This document shows positions 8,740 to 17,816 of a stretch of 29,327 nt of DNA, piece after piece. Source of the stretch: Cyanobacteria bacterium J06626_4 (lineage in GTDB: Bacteria; Cyanobacteriota; Cyanobacteriia; Phormidesmidales; Phormidesmidaceae); the NCBI GenBank assembly GCA_038523235.1, contig JBCBJQ010000071.1, positions 1 through 29,327 on the forward strand, written 5' to 3'. Every line of letters begins with the position of its first letter. Positions within the stretch are counted from its first letter, which is position 1. Position numbers and translations under genes: made by a program. Under the pieces are notes generated by a model that did not search any database, was not told the origin of the DNA, and saw nothing but the letters and a program-made list of their open reading frames with translations.

Positions 8740-9324
8740 TTATGGGTTTTTGGTCCAATCAAACTCCATTTGCTTAGCCGTTTTTTCAGCCAACGCTAAT
8801 CCATGAGTTTTGCTGACTAAATGCAGGCTCATATCAATGCCCGCCGAAATGCCGCCAGACGTGATAAGAGTCCCCTCATCAACCCACCGTTGATTTTCAA
8901 GGACCTCCAGTTTCGGATACCGGGTTTTGAGGTCTGGGATATCTTCCCAGTGGGTCGTTACTTTTTGAGTGTCAATGACTCCCGCCTCTGCTAATAAGAA
9001 AGCACCGGTACACACTGACGCCACGAGCTTTGCTTTCTGGGACGCTTCTTTGATCCACTGCAAGACGAGCGGCTTTTGCATTTCTACTACATGCACGCCA
9101 CCCACAACGATCAGGACATCGATCGCGGGATGATCGGAGATGCTGTACGCAGGATTCACTGCATAGCCGCCGCGAGCGGTAACTGTTTTACCCGTTTCGC
9201 TTACCAGGAAGACTTTGAATGGATTGGGTGTGTTCGAGACTCTCGAAGCAGTCGAGAAAACCTCAAATGGCCCCGAAAAATCGAGGACTTCTGCTTCATC
9301 ATAAATGTAGATTCCAATGTTCAT
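8740..9324 (-). CDS. DJ-1/PfpI family protein (isonitrile hydratase/FtrA N-domain-like)
   Basis: EVLDFSGPFEVF, ASVCTGAFLLAEAG, TTHW, ITSGGISAGID. Confidence 0.9.
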   Translation of the reverse strand: MNIGIYIYDEAEVLDFSGPFEVFSTASRVSNTPNPFKVFLVSETGKTVTARGGYAVNPAYSISDHPAIDVLIVVGGVHVVEMQKPLVLQWIKEASQKAKLVASVCTGAFLLAEAGVIDTQKVTTHWEDIPDLKTRYPKLEVLENQRWVDEGTLITSGGISAGIDMSLHLVSKTHGLALAEKTAKQMEFDWTKNP

Positions 9325-9335
9325 TTTTGATTACA

Positions 9336-9475
9336 TAAGTAGCTGGGCCGAATTAAGTGTTAAACCGGTCGCTGATTTCGACTCCGCTCAATCAGCTATA
9401 TTGCTTGCCAAGTAAGACGTTGAGGGTTGAGCGGAGTCGAAACCCGTCTGCAAGATGATTGTGCTTACCTACTTA
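9336..9475. mobile_element. MITE-like element, 140 bp, with TA ends and an internal 16-bp perfect inverted repeat
   Basis: Ends TAAGTAGCTGGGC / GCTTACCTACTTA (10/13 complementary). Internal TTTCGACTCCGCTCAA (9376-9391) / TTGAGCGGAGTCGAAA (9427-9442). Confidence 0.7.
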
Positions 9476-9602
9476 GAAGGTCACAATCAAACAATAGAAT
9501 TCAGCCTAATTCTCGGAGCCATTGCCACAGATTTTGCTCCCCTGCTCCCTAGACCTTCAGCTCCCTAGCTCCCCGTCACTCTAGCTCTTTCAGCCCTTCA
9601 CC

Positions 9603-11366
9603 CTAATCAACACCAGGCAATCGCACCGAGACGCACGTTCCCTGGTTGGGTTGGCTGGCGATCGCCAAGGTGCCGCCGTGCAGCTCCACACAGGTTTTCA
9701 CCACGGCTAATCCTAAACCGCTGCCGGCAACGGGGCCGACATTTTTGCCTCGATAGAACGCGCCCAGAATCGCCGATCGCTCTTTGGGGTGAATGCCAAT
9801 ACCCGCATCGACAATTTGAAAGCACACGGTGGTGTCCTCTCGCGTCACCGTTAGGTGAATCTGACTGTGCTCCGGCGAATATTTCGCGGCGTTAGAGAGC
9901 AGATTGATCAGAATCGAATTCAGCAAATGCTTATCGGCATAAATTTGGGTAGGTAGGGCATTGCCCTGGAGCACCAACGTCTGCCCCGCTTTGAAATGAA
10001 TCTGATCAGACAACTGCCGACAAAACGGAGCCAGCGCGACAATCGACGGGTCAAATTCTAGCTTGCCCGCCTCAGCCCGAGTCAAGGTCAACATATCGCT
10101 CACGAGCTTGCCCATGCGGTTGGCCGCCCCGCGAATGCGATCCAGATTGCCCGCCCTTTGCTGGGGTGAGAGCGTTTGGTCATGGGTGGCCAACGACTGA
10201 GCCGAGACAGAAATAATGCTCAGCGGCGTGCGCAGCTCATGGGACGCCATAGAAAACAGGCGGAGCTTGAGGTCGCTCAACTCGCGGGTGCGCCTGAGTT
10301 CGCTTTGCCAGCGCGAGAAGTAGATGAGCACAGTGGCGGTGAGTAGCAGGCCAATGGTGAGGGTGGCAAGCGTGCCCCACAGTAGCTGAGAGGCTGAGGG
10401 CACAAACACAATCTGCCACTCCCGCTGACCTAGTTGAATCTGCTGCGTACAGTCTGAGGGCGTCGCACACAGGGCATGGGGGGCAGGGTTAACGTACGGG
10501 GGCGCTGGCGATCGCACCCGCACGCTCTGGGCATCGGCGTTGTAAATGCCCAATAGCTGCTCTGCGGGTTTGGCCGTTTGATCGAGAATATAAAAATCAA
10601 TATCGTAATCGAGGTCACGCAGCGATTCTTCCACCACGTCGGCGATGCGAAAAACGCCCAGCACGTAACCTGCGACGTCAGCTCGACCGGTGGCCGAGGT
10701 GCCAGCAGCAACGGACGTAGCCGCAGCCTGATAAATCGGCACAAACACTAAAAAGCCATACTGATTTTGCGTGGTTTCTTGCACCAGTTGAATGCGCCCC
10801 GTGGCCGCGATCTCGCCCGTATCACGCGCGCGTTCCAACGCCCGGCGGCGCGTCTCATCAGAGGCCAAGTCGTACCCTAGGGCGGCTTCGTTGTTTTGCA
10901 GCGGTTCGACAAAAGTGACCGGCACATAGCGATCGCGCTGCCCAGCGGGAATCAACTGCCCGGTCAGCGCTTCTCGTTCAGTAATCGAAAAATTGGCCTG
11001 CCTCGTCGCGGCGCTCAACTGCTGCTCGTAAGTGGGTCTTTGCCCGTCCGTAATTTGCGGTGCCCACTCCAGCGCTTGAATGCCAGGATAGGTCTGAACT
11101 GCCCGACTCACAAACCGGCTAAAGGCCATTTCGTCCACTTCATTGTTGGCCGCTTCGTACAAATCACTAATCGATAGCAGCAGTTCGGTGTAGCGATTGG
11201 TCGTGCGCTGCAGCGCCGTCGTGAGGTTATTCGTTTGCTGTTGAAATTCACTTTGATGCGAGAGCCGTTCCCACCGCTCAACCCAAACAGTTGCCACCAG
11301 CGTTGTGCCTAACCCCAGCGTGAGAATCAAAACCGTCGGCAGATAGCGCAGCGCAGCAAACATCAT
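9603..11366 (-). CDS. Membrane sensor histidine kinase with periplasmic CHASE domain
   Basis: TM-CHASE (PGIQALEW, ALGYDL, RARDTG)-TM, H box SHELRTPL, N box NLLSNAAKYS, DAGIGI, GSGLGL. Confidence 0.93.
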   Translation of the reverse strand: MMFAALRYLPTVLILTLGLGTTLVATVWVERWERLSHQSEFQQQTNNLTTALQRTTNRYTELLLSISDLYEAANNEVDEMAFSRFVSRAVQTYPGIQALEWAPQITDGQRPTYEQQLSAATRQANFSITEREALTGQLIPAGQRDRYVPVTFVEPLQNNEAALGYDLASDETRRRALERARDTGEIAATGRIQLVQETTQNQYGFLVFVPIYQAAATSVAAGTSATGRADVAGYVLGVFRIADVVEESLRDLDYDIDFYILDQTAKPAEQLLGIYNADAQSVRVRSPAPPYVNPAPHALCATPSDCTQQIQLGQREWQIVFVPSASQLLWGTLATLTIGLLLTATVLIYFSRWQSELRRTRELSDLKLRLFSMASHELRTPLSIISVSAQSLATHDQTLSPQQRAGNLDRIRGAANRMGKLVSDMLTLTRAEAGKLEFDPSIVALAPFCRQLSDQIHFKAGQTLVLQGNALPTQIYADKHLLNSILINLLSNAAKYSPEHSQIHLTVTREDTTVCFQIVDAGIGIHPKERSAILGAFYRGKNVGPVAGSGLGLAVVKTCVELHGGTLAIASQPNQGTCVSVRLPGVD

Positions 11367-11708
11367 AAATCTCGCCGTTGAGGCTTAGGCGCTCTATCCT
11401 ACCGGAAATCGTCAGCAGCGACTGTCCACACTCCTTGGGTGAAAGCGATGTACTGTCGGGCAAAACATCGTTTGGTGCTAGTCAAAACTAAGCGATCGGG
11501 ACATTGGCCTGCGGACACCTTGCCAAGAACAAAATCACCATTCGTGGGTCGCTCGCACCGGTTCTCCGCTGATGCAAAATCTCCGCCACAGCGCCATCAT
11601 CCGGCCCCCTTTGCCCTCTCGCTCCCCAGCGTATCCAGATTGGTCAGGAGTCCAGAGATCCCTTTTTTCCCCTACCCACAGCCCAGCAACGGCACCTATT
11701 TAAACTCG

Positions 11709-11740
11709 TCTTCCCAATTTCTTCCCGATTTCTTCCCAAA
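11709..11740. promoter_or_regulatory. Three tandem 11-bp direct repeats, candidate response-regulator site
   Basis: TCTTCCCAATT TCTTCCCGATT TCTTCCCAAA, one helical-turn period, in the divergent kinase/ABC region. Confidence 0.5.
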
Positions 11741-11806
11741 AAGTTACTGGGGCAAGTCGTAAGTTAATACCCAATTCGCAGGCGTAAGCCGTTACCCGCT
11801 CTAAAT

Positions 11807-11822
11807 TGTAGCCCTTTTTACC
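11807..11822. promoter_or_regulatory. Candidate NtcA site
   Basis: tGTA-GCCCTTTT-TACc fits GTA-N8-TAC. No clear -10 box about 22 nt downstream. Confidence 0.35.
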
Positions 11823-11930
11823 ATTCCTTGAAATTGGACTTTTTGGAAGTCTTGGAACGGTGGCTAAAAGTCCTGCTTCGGAGCCCGCTGCCAAGACCCT
11901 GCCCTCACCCTACTACTTTTGATAACTGCC

Positions 11931-13619
11931 ATGAGACGCCGACGTTTAATTCAAACCACTGTGGGATTTGCGGCAGGCATGACGCTTGCCGGTGGCCTTA
12001 AAGCCTGCAGTAATGAGTCTGCCTCCACGCCCTCAACTGCCCCAGCCGACTCGACTACAGCAGCGGGCGAGGTTTCTGATGCCACCCTGACGGTCGTTCA
12101 GGGTGGTGGTTTTCCCAATAGTTTGGATTTACACCGCGTGGGTACTAACCGTCCGGCCTATGGGGTTTCTTGGGCAATGTACGATCGCCTGATGACCTTT
12201 GGCAAAAAGACGTTAGATGACGGCTCGGTTTCCTACGACTACACCGTGCTCGAGCCCGAGCTGGCCGAAAGCTGGGAAATGGCCGAAGACGGCATGTCCG
12301 TCACGTTTAAGCTGCGCGCTGATGCCACCTTCCACGATGGCACGCCAGTGACCGCCAACGATGTGAAATGGTCCTTCGACCGGGCAGTTTCCATCGGCGG
12401 CTTCCCCAGCTTTCAGATGAAGGCCGGTGCCCTCGAAAATCCTGAGCAGTTCGAAGTTGTGGATGACACCACCTTCGTCGTGAAGTTTCTGCGGCCTGAC
12501 AAACTCACCATGATCGACATGGCCGTACCAATTCCCGTCATTATCAATGCGAAGTTGGTTGAGCCTCACCTCACCGACGAAGATCCCTGGGGGGCTGAGT
12601 GGCTGAACAATAATGATGCGGGCGGCGGTGCTTACACGATTAAAGAGTTTAAGCCCAACGAGCGCATTGTGTTAGAACGCTTTGCCGACTGGAAGTCGGG
12701 GCCGCTGCCCCAGGTAGCCGAGGTAATTGTGCTAAACGTGCCCGAAGCGGGTAACCGTCGCGCCTTGCTAGAAAAAGGCGACATTGACATCAACTTCGAA
12801 CTGTCTGAAAAAGATCAGCAGGAGCTGGCGGCCTCAGGTGATTTCACCGTGGTCTCGACCCCCATTGAGAACTGTCTCTATTCCGTCGACATGCACACCA
12901 ATCCTCAGCTGAATGGCGAAGACAATCCCTTTGCCGATGTGAAGGTGCGGCAGGCAGTTTCCTACGCAATTCCCTACGACGCCATTATGGATACGGCGCT
13001 CTATGGGCAAGCCGTACCAATGTACGGCGGCAAAAGCGCGAAGCCCGACTCAATCGCCTGGCCCCAGCCCAGTCCCTACAGCACCGATATGGAGCAAGCG
13101 AAGGCGCTGATGGCAGAGTCCGGTTATCCCGACGGCTTTGAAACCACCTTAGCCTTCAACATGGGCACCAAAGAGTGGGCGGAACCGGCAGTGGTGCTGA
13201 TCCAAGAATCCCTGGCGGAACTGGGCATCACCGTCAACATTGAGAAGGTACCCGGCGCTAACTTCCGCTCCGTTTTAGTCGAAAAAAGTCGCCCGATGAT
13301 CATCAACAACTTTGGCGGTTGGCTCAACTACCCCGATTACTTCTTCTTTTACGCTTATCACGGCCAAGACGCGACCTTTAACGGCAGCTCTTACAAAAAT
13401 CCTGAGATGGATAAGCAGATCGAAGCGGCGTTGGCCTCAGAACCGGGCAAAGCTGACTACGACGAAAACGTTAAAGGCTTTATCGAAATGGCCTGGCAAG
13501 AAATGCCCCGCGCGCCGCTGGTGCAGCCGCAGCTGGGCATCGCCATGCAGCCGGGCGTAGAAGGATATCAATACTGGTTCCATCGGCAGCTTGATTTCCG
13601 TCAGTTGCAGAAGGTGTAG
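11931..13619 (+). CDS. ABC transporter substrate-binding lipoprotein, family 5 (DppA/OppA-like), Tat-type signal
   Basis: MRRRRLIQ...LKAC lipobox; LAESWE...FKLR...FHDGTPVTANDVKWSF signature. Confidence 0.93.
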   Translation: MRRRRLIQTTVGFAAGMTLAGGLKACSNESASTPSTAPADSTTAAGEVSDATLTVVQGGGFPNSLDLHRVGTNRPAYGVSWAMYDRLMTFGKKTLDDGSVSYDYTVLEPELAESWEMAEDGMSVTFKLRADATFHDGTPVTANDVKWSFDRAVSIGGFPSFQMKAGALENPEQFEVVDDTTFVVKFLRPDKLTMIDMAVPIPVIINAKLVEPHLTDEDPWGAEWLNNNDAGGGAYTIKEFKPNERIVLERFADWKSGPLPQVAEVIVLNVPEAGNRRALLEKGDIDINFELSEKDQQELAASGDFTVVSTPIENCLYSVDMHTNPQLNGEDNPFADVKVRQAVSYAIPYDAIMDTALYGQAVPMYGGKSAKPDSIAWPQPSPYSTDMEQAKALMAESGYPDGFETTLAFNMGTKEWAEPAVVLIQESLAELGITVNIEKVPGANFRSVLVEKSRPMIINNFGGWLNYPDYFFFYAYHGQDATFNGSSYKNPEMDKQIEAALASEPGKADYDENVKGFIEMAWQEMPRAPLVQPQLGIAMQPGVEGYQYWFHRQLDFRQLQKV

Positions 13620-13945
13620 GCGTTTTAGGAATGAAGGGGGCTTTGGAAGCAAGGGGGCAAGAGAGCTTTAGGAGCAGGAGGGCAAGGGTGACGAGTGAAG
13701 AGGTGAGTTGTTCTGTTTTTGGAGCTGACTGGATAAGGCTTCTCCGGTGATCTTGGTATCTTCTGTGATTGCAAGGCTGTTCCTCTCCACAAGAGTAGGC
13801 TCTGACAGAGTGAGACTCAGACCTCTGACGCAACCCAATAGCTCCCCCTTTCTCTCTGAAAACCATCTCCGCTCCCCGGCTCCGCTGCCCCCTTGGCTCC
13901 CCTGCCCCTCATCTCCTCCATCACCAACCCCACCTGAGCAACCCC
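13620..13945. repeat. Intergenic G-rich arm / C-rich arm repeat spacer
   Basis: GGGGGCAA/GGAGCA units at 13635-13690 and GCTCCCC/TGCCCC units at 13840-13930. Confidence 0.7.
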
Positions 13946-13946
13946 T

Positions 13947-14972
13947 ATGGCTCATTCCACTGCAAAAATCATCGGCCAGCGGATTCTCGGCGCGATTCCC
14001 AGCGTGATCGGCGTGGTGATTGTCACGTTCTTGCTGACACGGGCATTGCCGGGGGATCCGGCGGCGTTTTTTGCGGGACCAGCAGCCACTTCAGAGGCGA
14101 TCGCCGAGGTCCGTGCCACCCTCGGCCTGGATAAACCCCTCCCCGAACAATTTTTTCTGTATCTGGGCGACTTGGTGCGGGGTGATTTGGGCACGTCACT
14201 CACGACTGGACAAACCGTGGTGTATGACTTGATGACCCGATTGCCCGCATCTTTGGAATTGACCTTGGCGGGGTTAGTGTTTGCGATCTCCCTAGCGCTG
14301 CCCCTCGGCATTTTGGCCGCGACCAAGCCCAACTCCTGGATTGACCACGGGGTACGGGTACTTGCCACCGCTGGAGTATCACTTCCTACCTTTTTCACAG
14401 GATTGTTTCTGATCTACGTCTTCTATTACCAGTTGGGCGTTGTGCCCGCGCCGCTAGGCCGCTTGGATATTTTATATAGTGCGCCCTCCCAAATCACTGG
14501 CCTGTATCTGATCGATAGTTTGTTGGCAGGCGACTTAGAACTGTTTTTGGCAGCAGCAAGCCAACTCTTTTTACCCGCCGTCACGCTGGGCCTGTTTGCC
14601 CTGGCTCCGCTCGCCCGCGTCACCCGTGCCGCCATGCTGGGCATGCTGTCTAGCGACTTTATCCGCACGGCCCGCGCCAATGGCTTACCCCCTCGGCAAG
14701 TGCTCTTTGGTTATGCCTTTCGCAATGCGCTGCTGCCTGTCATCACCACGCTCGGGGTCGTGTTCTCCTTTCTCTTAGGGGCCAACATCCTGGTCGAAAA
14801 AGTGTTTGCCTGGCCGGGTATCGGTTCCTACGCAGTCGAAGCCCTCGTCGCCTCTGACTATGCTCCCATTCAAGGCTTCATTTTGACGATGGCCTTGCTG
14901 TATGTGGTGCTGAATTTGCTGATCGATTTGCTCTATGTCGTGATTGATCCCAGAGCCGGTGTTGAGACGTAG
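13947..14972 (+). CDS. ABC transporter permease (DppB-like)
   Basis: LPGDPA, LGLDKPL, GDLGTS, RLPASLEL, EAA-like FIRTARANGL, VEKVFAWPGIG. Confidence 0.93.
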   Translation: MAHSTAKIIGQRILGAIPSVIGVVIVTFLLTRALPGDPAAFFAGPAATSEAIAEVRATLGLDKPLPEQFFLYLGDLVRGDLGTSLTTGQTVVYDLMTRLPASLELTLAGLVFAISLALPLGILAATKPNSWIDHGVRVLATAGVSLPTFFTGLFLIYVFYYQLGVVPAPLGRLDILYSAPSQITGLYLIDSLLAGDLELFLAAASQLFLPAVTLGLFALAPLARVTRAAMLGMLSSDFIRTARANGLPPRQVLFGYAFRNALLPVITTLGVVFSFLLGANILVEKVFAWPGIGSYAVEALVASDYAPIQGFILTMALLYVVLNLLIDLLYVVIDPRAGVET

Positions 14973-15184
14973 AGGCGAAGGAATAGCAGGGAAGCCGAGG
15001 GGAGGGGGAGCCGAGGAGAAAGGGAGAAGCGTTGCTCAGTCTCGATCAAAGCACATTTATCTAGAACTACTCCACCTGTCACCCAGCCCCCAACGCCCCC
15101 CTGCCCCAAAGTCTTCCAGCTCCCCTGCCCCTAAAGCCGTTCTGCCCCCTTGCCCCCAACCCTCTCTCGCCCCCAACGCCTGCC
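14973..15184. repeat. Intergenic G-rich arm / C-rich arm repeat spacer
   Basis: GGGGAGGGGGAGCC units followed by CCCCTGCCCC/CTCCCCTGCCCC units. Confidence 0.7.
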
Positions 15185-16030
15185 ATGACCACCACACTCC
15201 AACACACCCGCTACGTCATCAGCGAAAACCTCATCACGTTCGGAGCCTTTGCGCTGTTTTTGGTGTTGGTGCTGTTCGCGATTTTTGGGGAAGCGATCGC
15301 CCCCTATGATCCACTCGCGAGCAACGCCGCAGTTGCGCTCCAGCCGCCCTCAATGGCCCACTGGTTTGGCACCGATCAGCTGGGGCGGGACGTGCTTAGC
15401 CGAGTCATTGTGGCGACTCAGCTGGACTTGGGCATCGCGGTTTTAGCAGTAGCGCTGTCGTTTCTCGTGGGTAGCTTTTTAGGCACCTGCGCCGGATATT
15501 TTGGCGGCTGGAGCGATCGCCTCATTTCCCGCTGCATCGATACGCTGATGGCCTTTCCGCTGTTTGTTTTGGCGATGGGGTTAGTGGCGGCCTTAGGTAA
15601 CACCGTCACCAACATCATTTACGCCACGGCGATCATCAACCTGCCCCTATATACCCGCGTCATCCGCTCAGAGGTACTCGTCTATCGAGAAGCCGGATTT
15701 GTGGAAGCGGCCCGCCTCACCGGCAATGGTGAATGGCGCATCATGGCCCGTCACCTGTTTCCCAATGTCTTACCCGTGATGATGGTGCACATCTCGCTCA
15801 ACATGGGCTGGGCCATCCTCAACGCGGCGGGCCTCTCGTTCATCGGCCTGGGCGTCCAGCCACCCACTGCGGAATGGGGCATTATGGTCGCCGAAGGCGC
15901 CACCTATATCGTGTCGGGCGAGTGGTGGCTGGCCTTGTTTCCGGGGGCGGTGTTAATGCTGGCGGTCTTTTGCTTCAACTTGCTCGGCGATGGCCTACGA
16001 GATTTGGTTGATCCAAGGATGCGAACGTGA
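15185..16030 (+). CDS. ABC transporter permease (DppC-like)
   Basis: HWFGTDQLGRD, FVEAARLTG, LSFIGLGVQPP..EWG, NLLGDGLRDLVDP. Confidence 0.93.
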   Translation: MTTTLQHTRYVISENLITFGAFALFLVLVLFAIFGEAIAPYDPLASNAAVALQPPSMAHWFGTDQLGRDVLSRVIVATQLDLGIAVLAVALSFLVGSFLGTCAGYFGGWSDRLISRCIDTLMAFPLFVLAMGLVAALGNTVTNIIYATAIINLPLYTRVIRSEVLVYREAGFVEAARLTGNGEWRIMARHLFPNVLPVMMVHISLNMGWAILNAAGLSFIGLGVQPPTAEWGIMVAEGATYIVSGEWWLALFPGAVLMLAVFCFNLLGDGLRDLVDPRMRT

Positions 16031-16618
16031 GGGTAGGAGGAGCGGGGGAGCAAGGGAGAAAGGGGGCGGAGGAGCAGGGGGCAAGATGAAGGATGAATTG
16101 GAGAATGGCACAGTCGCATCCAGGATCCAAAGCTCCTTTGCCTCTAGTGACTCAAATCAACCAAGGAGAAGGATTATGAATGATTTTCACTAGCTTACCA
16201 AGGATGCGATCGTAGCTCTTGGATAGTTCGGCCCCCAAGGTTTCATCCAAATAACCACACTGCACTGCAAACCGAATCCAGGTCTGCGTTTCTGCGGCTT
16301 CGGCCTCTGAGTCACTCAATTTTGCAATAAACGCGGCCCGGTATCGCCGCTTCCGCCAAGCCTCAGCCAAATTGGCACAGACCGATCGCGAAGACCGTCG
16401 CATCTGATCCGTCAATGAATACCGCTCCTCCACTGGAAACCGCTTACTCAATCGAAAAATCTGCATTGCCCCATCAAACGCTAGCTGATATACCGCCAAC
16501 TCCTCATGCCCCCGAATCGCCATATGCCCTCGCTAACCTGACAAACCTCTCCCCTTAATTCTGCCCAACTAATCACCCTGCTCCCCCTTGCCCCGCTGCT
16601 CCCCAGCCCCCCCTACCC
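16031..16618. mobile_element. Putative four-helix-bundle insertion bounded by long imperfect inverted repeat arms
   Basis: Left arm 16031-16083 (GGGTAGG...GGAGCAGGGG) is complementary to right arm 16576-16618 (CCCTGCTCCC...CCTACCC). The arms enclose an antisense gene. Confidence 0.5.
16152..16523 (-). CDS. Four helix bundle protein (23S rRNA intervening sequence protein-like family)
   Basis: LAVYQLA, FPVEERYSLTDQMRRSSRSVCANLAEAWRKRRY, EAAETQTW. Confidence 0.92.
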   Translation of the reverse strand: MAIRGHEELAVYQLAFDGAMQIFRLSKRFPVEERYSLTDQMRRSSRSVCANLAEAWRKRRYRAAFIAKLSDSEAEAAETQTWIRFAVQCGYLDETLGAELSKSYDRILGKLVKIIHNPSPWLI

Positions 16619-16623
16619 AAACC

Positions 16624-17655
16624 ATGCCCCTCCCCGACTCCCCACCTTCCCCCTCCCCACCCCCGACCCCGGTTTCTTCCCAATTGCTGACCGTCGAGAA
16701 CCTTGATGTCGAATTCCGGACTCGCTCGGGCCTGGTTAAAGCGCTAGAAAACGTGAGCTTTACGATTCAGTCTGGAGAAACTATTGGCATTGTTGGTGAA
16801 AGCGGTTCCGGCAAATCGGTGACGGCCTTTACCCTCATGGGCGTGCTCGATCTCGCCGGTAAAGTCACCGCCGGACGGGCACTGTTCCAGAGTGATCGCG
16901 TGGCGGTCGACCTGCTCAAAGAGCCTGAATCCTCACTGAGGCAGCTGCGGGGGAAAGAACTGTCGATGATTTTTCAGAATCCTCGCACCGCCCTCAACCC
17001 CATTCGCAAAGTGGGTAAGCAAATTACCGATGTGCTGCGCTGCCATACCAATCTGGCCAGCAATGCGTTACGCCAGCGCGCGATCGCCCTGCTCACCAGC
17101 GTCCGTATCCCCGATCCAGAAAAGCGCTACGACGCCTACCCCTATGAACTCTCCGGCGGATTGTGTCAACGCATCATGATTGCCCTAGCGCTAGCCTGTT
17201 CGCCCAAACTCCTCATCGCTGACGAACCCACTACTGGCCTCGACGTCACTACTCAAGCAACCGTGATGAATCTGATCAAGGATCTTGCCACTCAGCAGCA
17301 AATGGCCACCATCCTCATCACCCACGATTTAGCCCTCGCCTCAGAATATTGCGATCGCATCGTGGTCATGCATGCCGGACACGTGGTCGAATCGGCCCCG
17401 ACTCACCACCTCTTTCAATCGCCCCGGCACCCCTATACCGCCAAACTGATTGCCGCAACGCCCGAACCCCACAAAGCCTTTGCCGAGCTAATTCCGATCG
17501 CAGGTAATCTACCCGATCTCAAAGCCACCCAAATTCCCCCCTGTCGCTTTAGCCAACGCTGCGATCGCTACGACGCCACCCTCTGTGACCAAACACCGCT
17601 CCTCCGCCAAGACCTCACTACCGATCACCAAGTCGCCTGCTGGAAACCGCTGTGA
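16624..17655 (+). CDS. ABC transporter ATP-binding protein (DppD-like)
   Basis: GESGSGKS, LSGGLCQR, LIADEPT, HPYT, C-terminal Cys cluster. ATG at 16624. Confidence 0.93.
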   Translation: MPLPDSPPSPSPPPTPVSSQLLTVENLDVEFRTRSGLVKALENVSFTIQSGETIGIVGESGSGKSVTAFTLMGVLDLAGKVTAGRALFQSDRVAVDLLKEPESSLRQLRGKELSMIFQNPRTALNPIRKVGKQITDVLRCHTNLASNALRQRAIALLTSVRIPDPEKRYDAYPYELSGGLCQRIMIALALACSPKLLIADEPTTGLDVTTQATVMNLIKDLATQQQMATILITHDLALASEYCDRIVVMHAGHVVESAPTHHLFQSPRHPYTAKLIAATPEPHKAFAELIPIAGNLPDLKATQIPPCRFSQRCDRYDATLCDQTPLLRQDLTTDHQVACWKPL

Positions 17656-17659
17656 AGAA

Positions 17660-17816
17660 CTCAGGCGCTGGGGAGAGGGGGAGCAGGGGAGCAAAAGAGC
17701 CAAGATACCGATAAACAGTAGGCCCATCCCATAGAACATCGGCGCCCCTGGCCCCCTTTGCCCCAACGCTCCCTTGCTCCCAAAGCTCCTCTGCCCCTCA
17801 ATCCCCCTCGCCCCCC
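17660..17816. repeat. Intergenic G-rich arm / C-rich arm repeat spacer
   Basis: GGGGGAGCAGGGGAGCA followed by GCCCCTTTGCCCC...GCTCCCTTGCTCCC. Confidence 0.7.

Noticed and set aside
8690..8745. attC after the DJ-1/PfpI gene (stop within CCATAAC)
   Set aside because: No complementary arm or GTT core found; at most a half-site relic.
16152..16523. Diversity-generating retroelement (Avd-like protein)
   Set aside because: No reverse transcriptase or TR/VR pair seen in the window.
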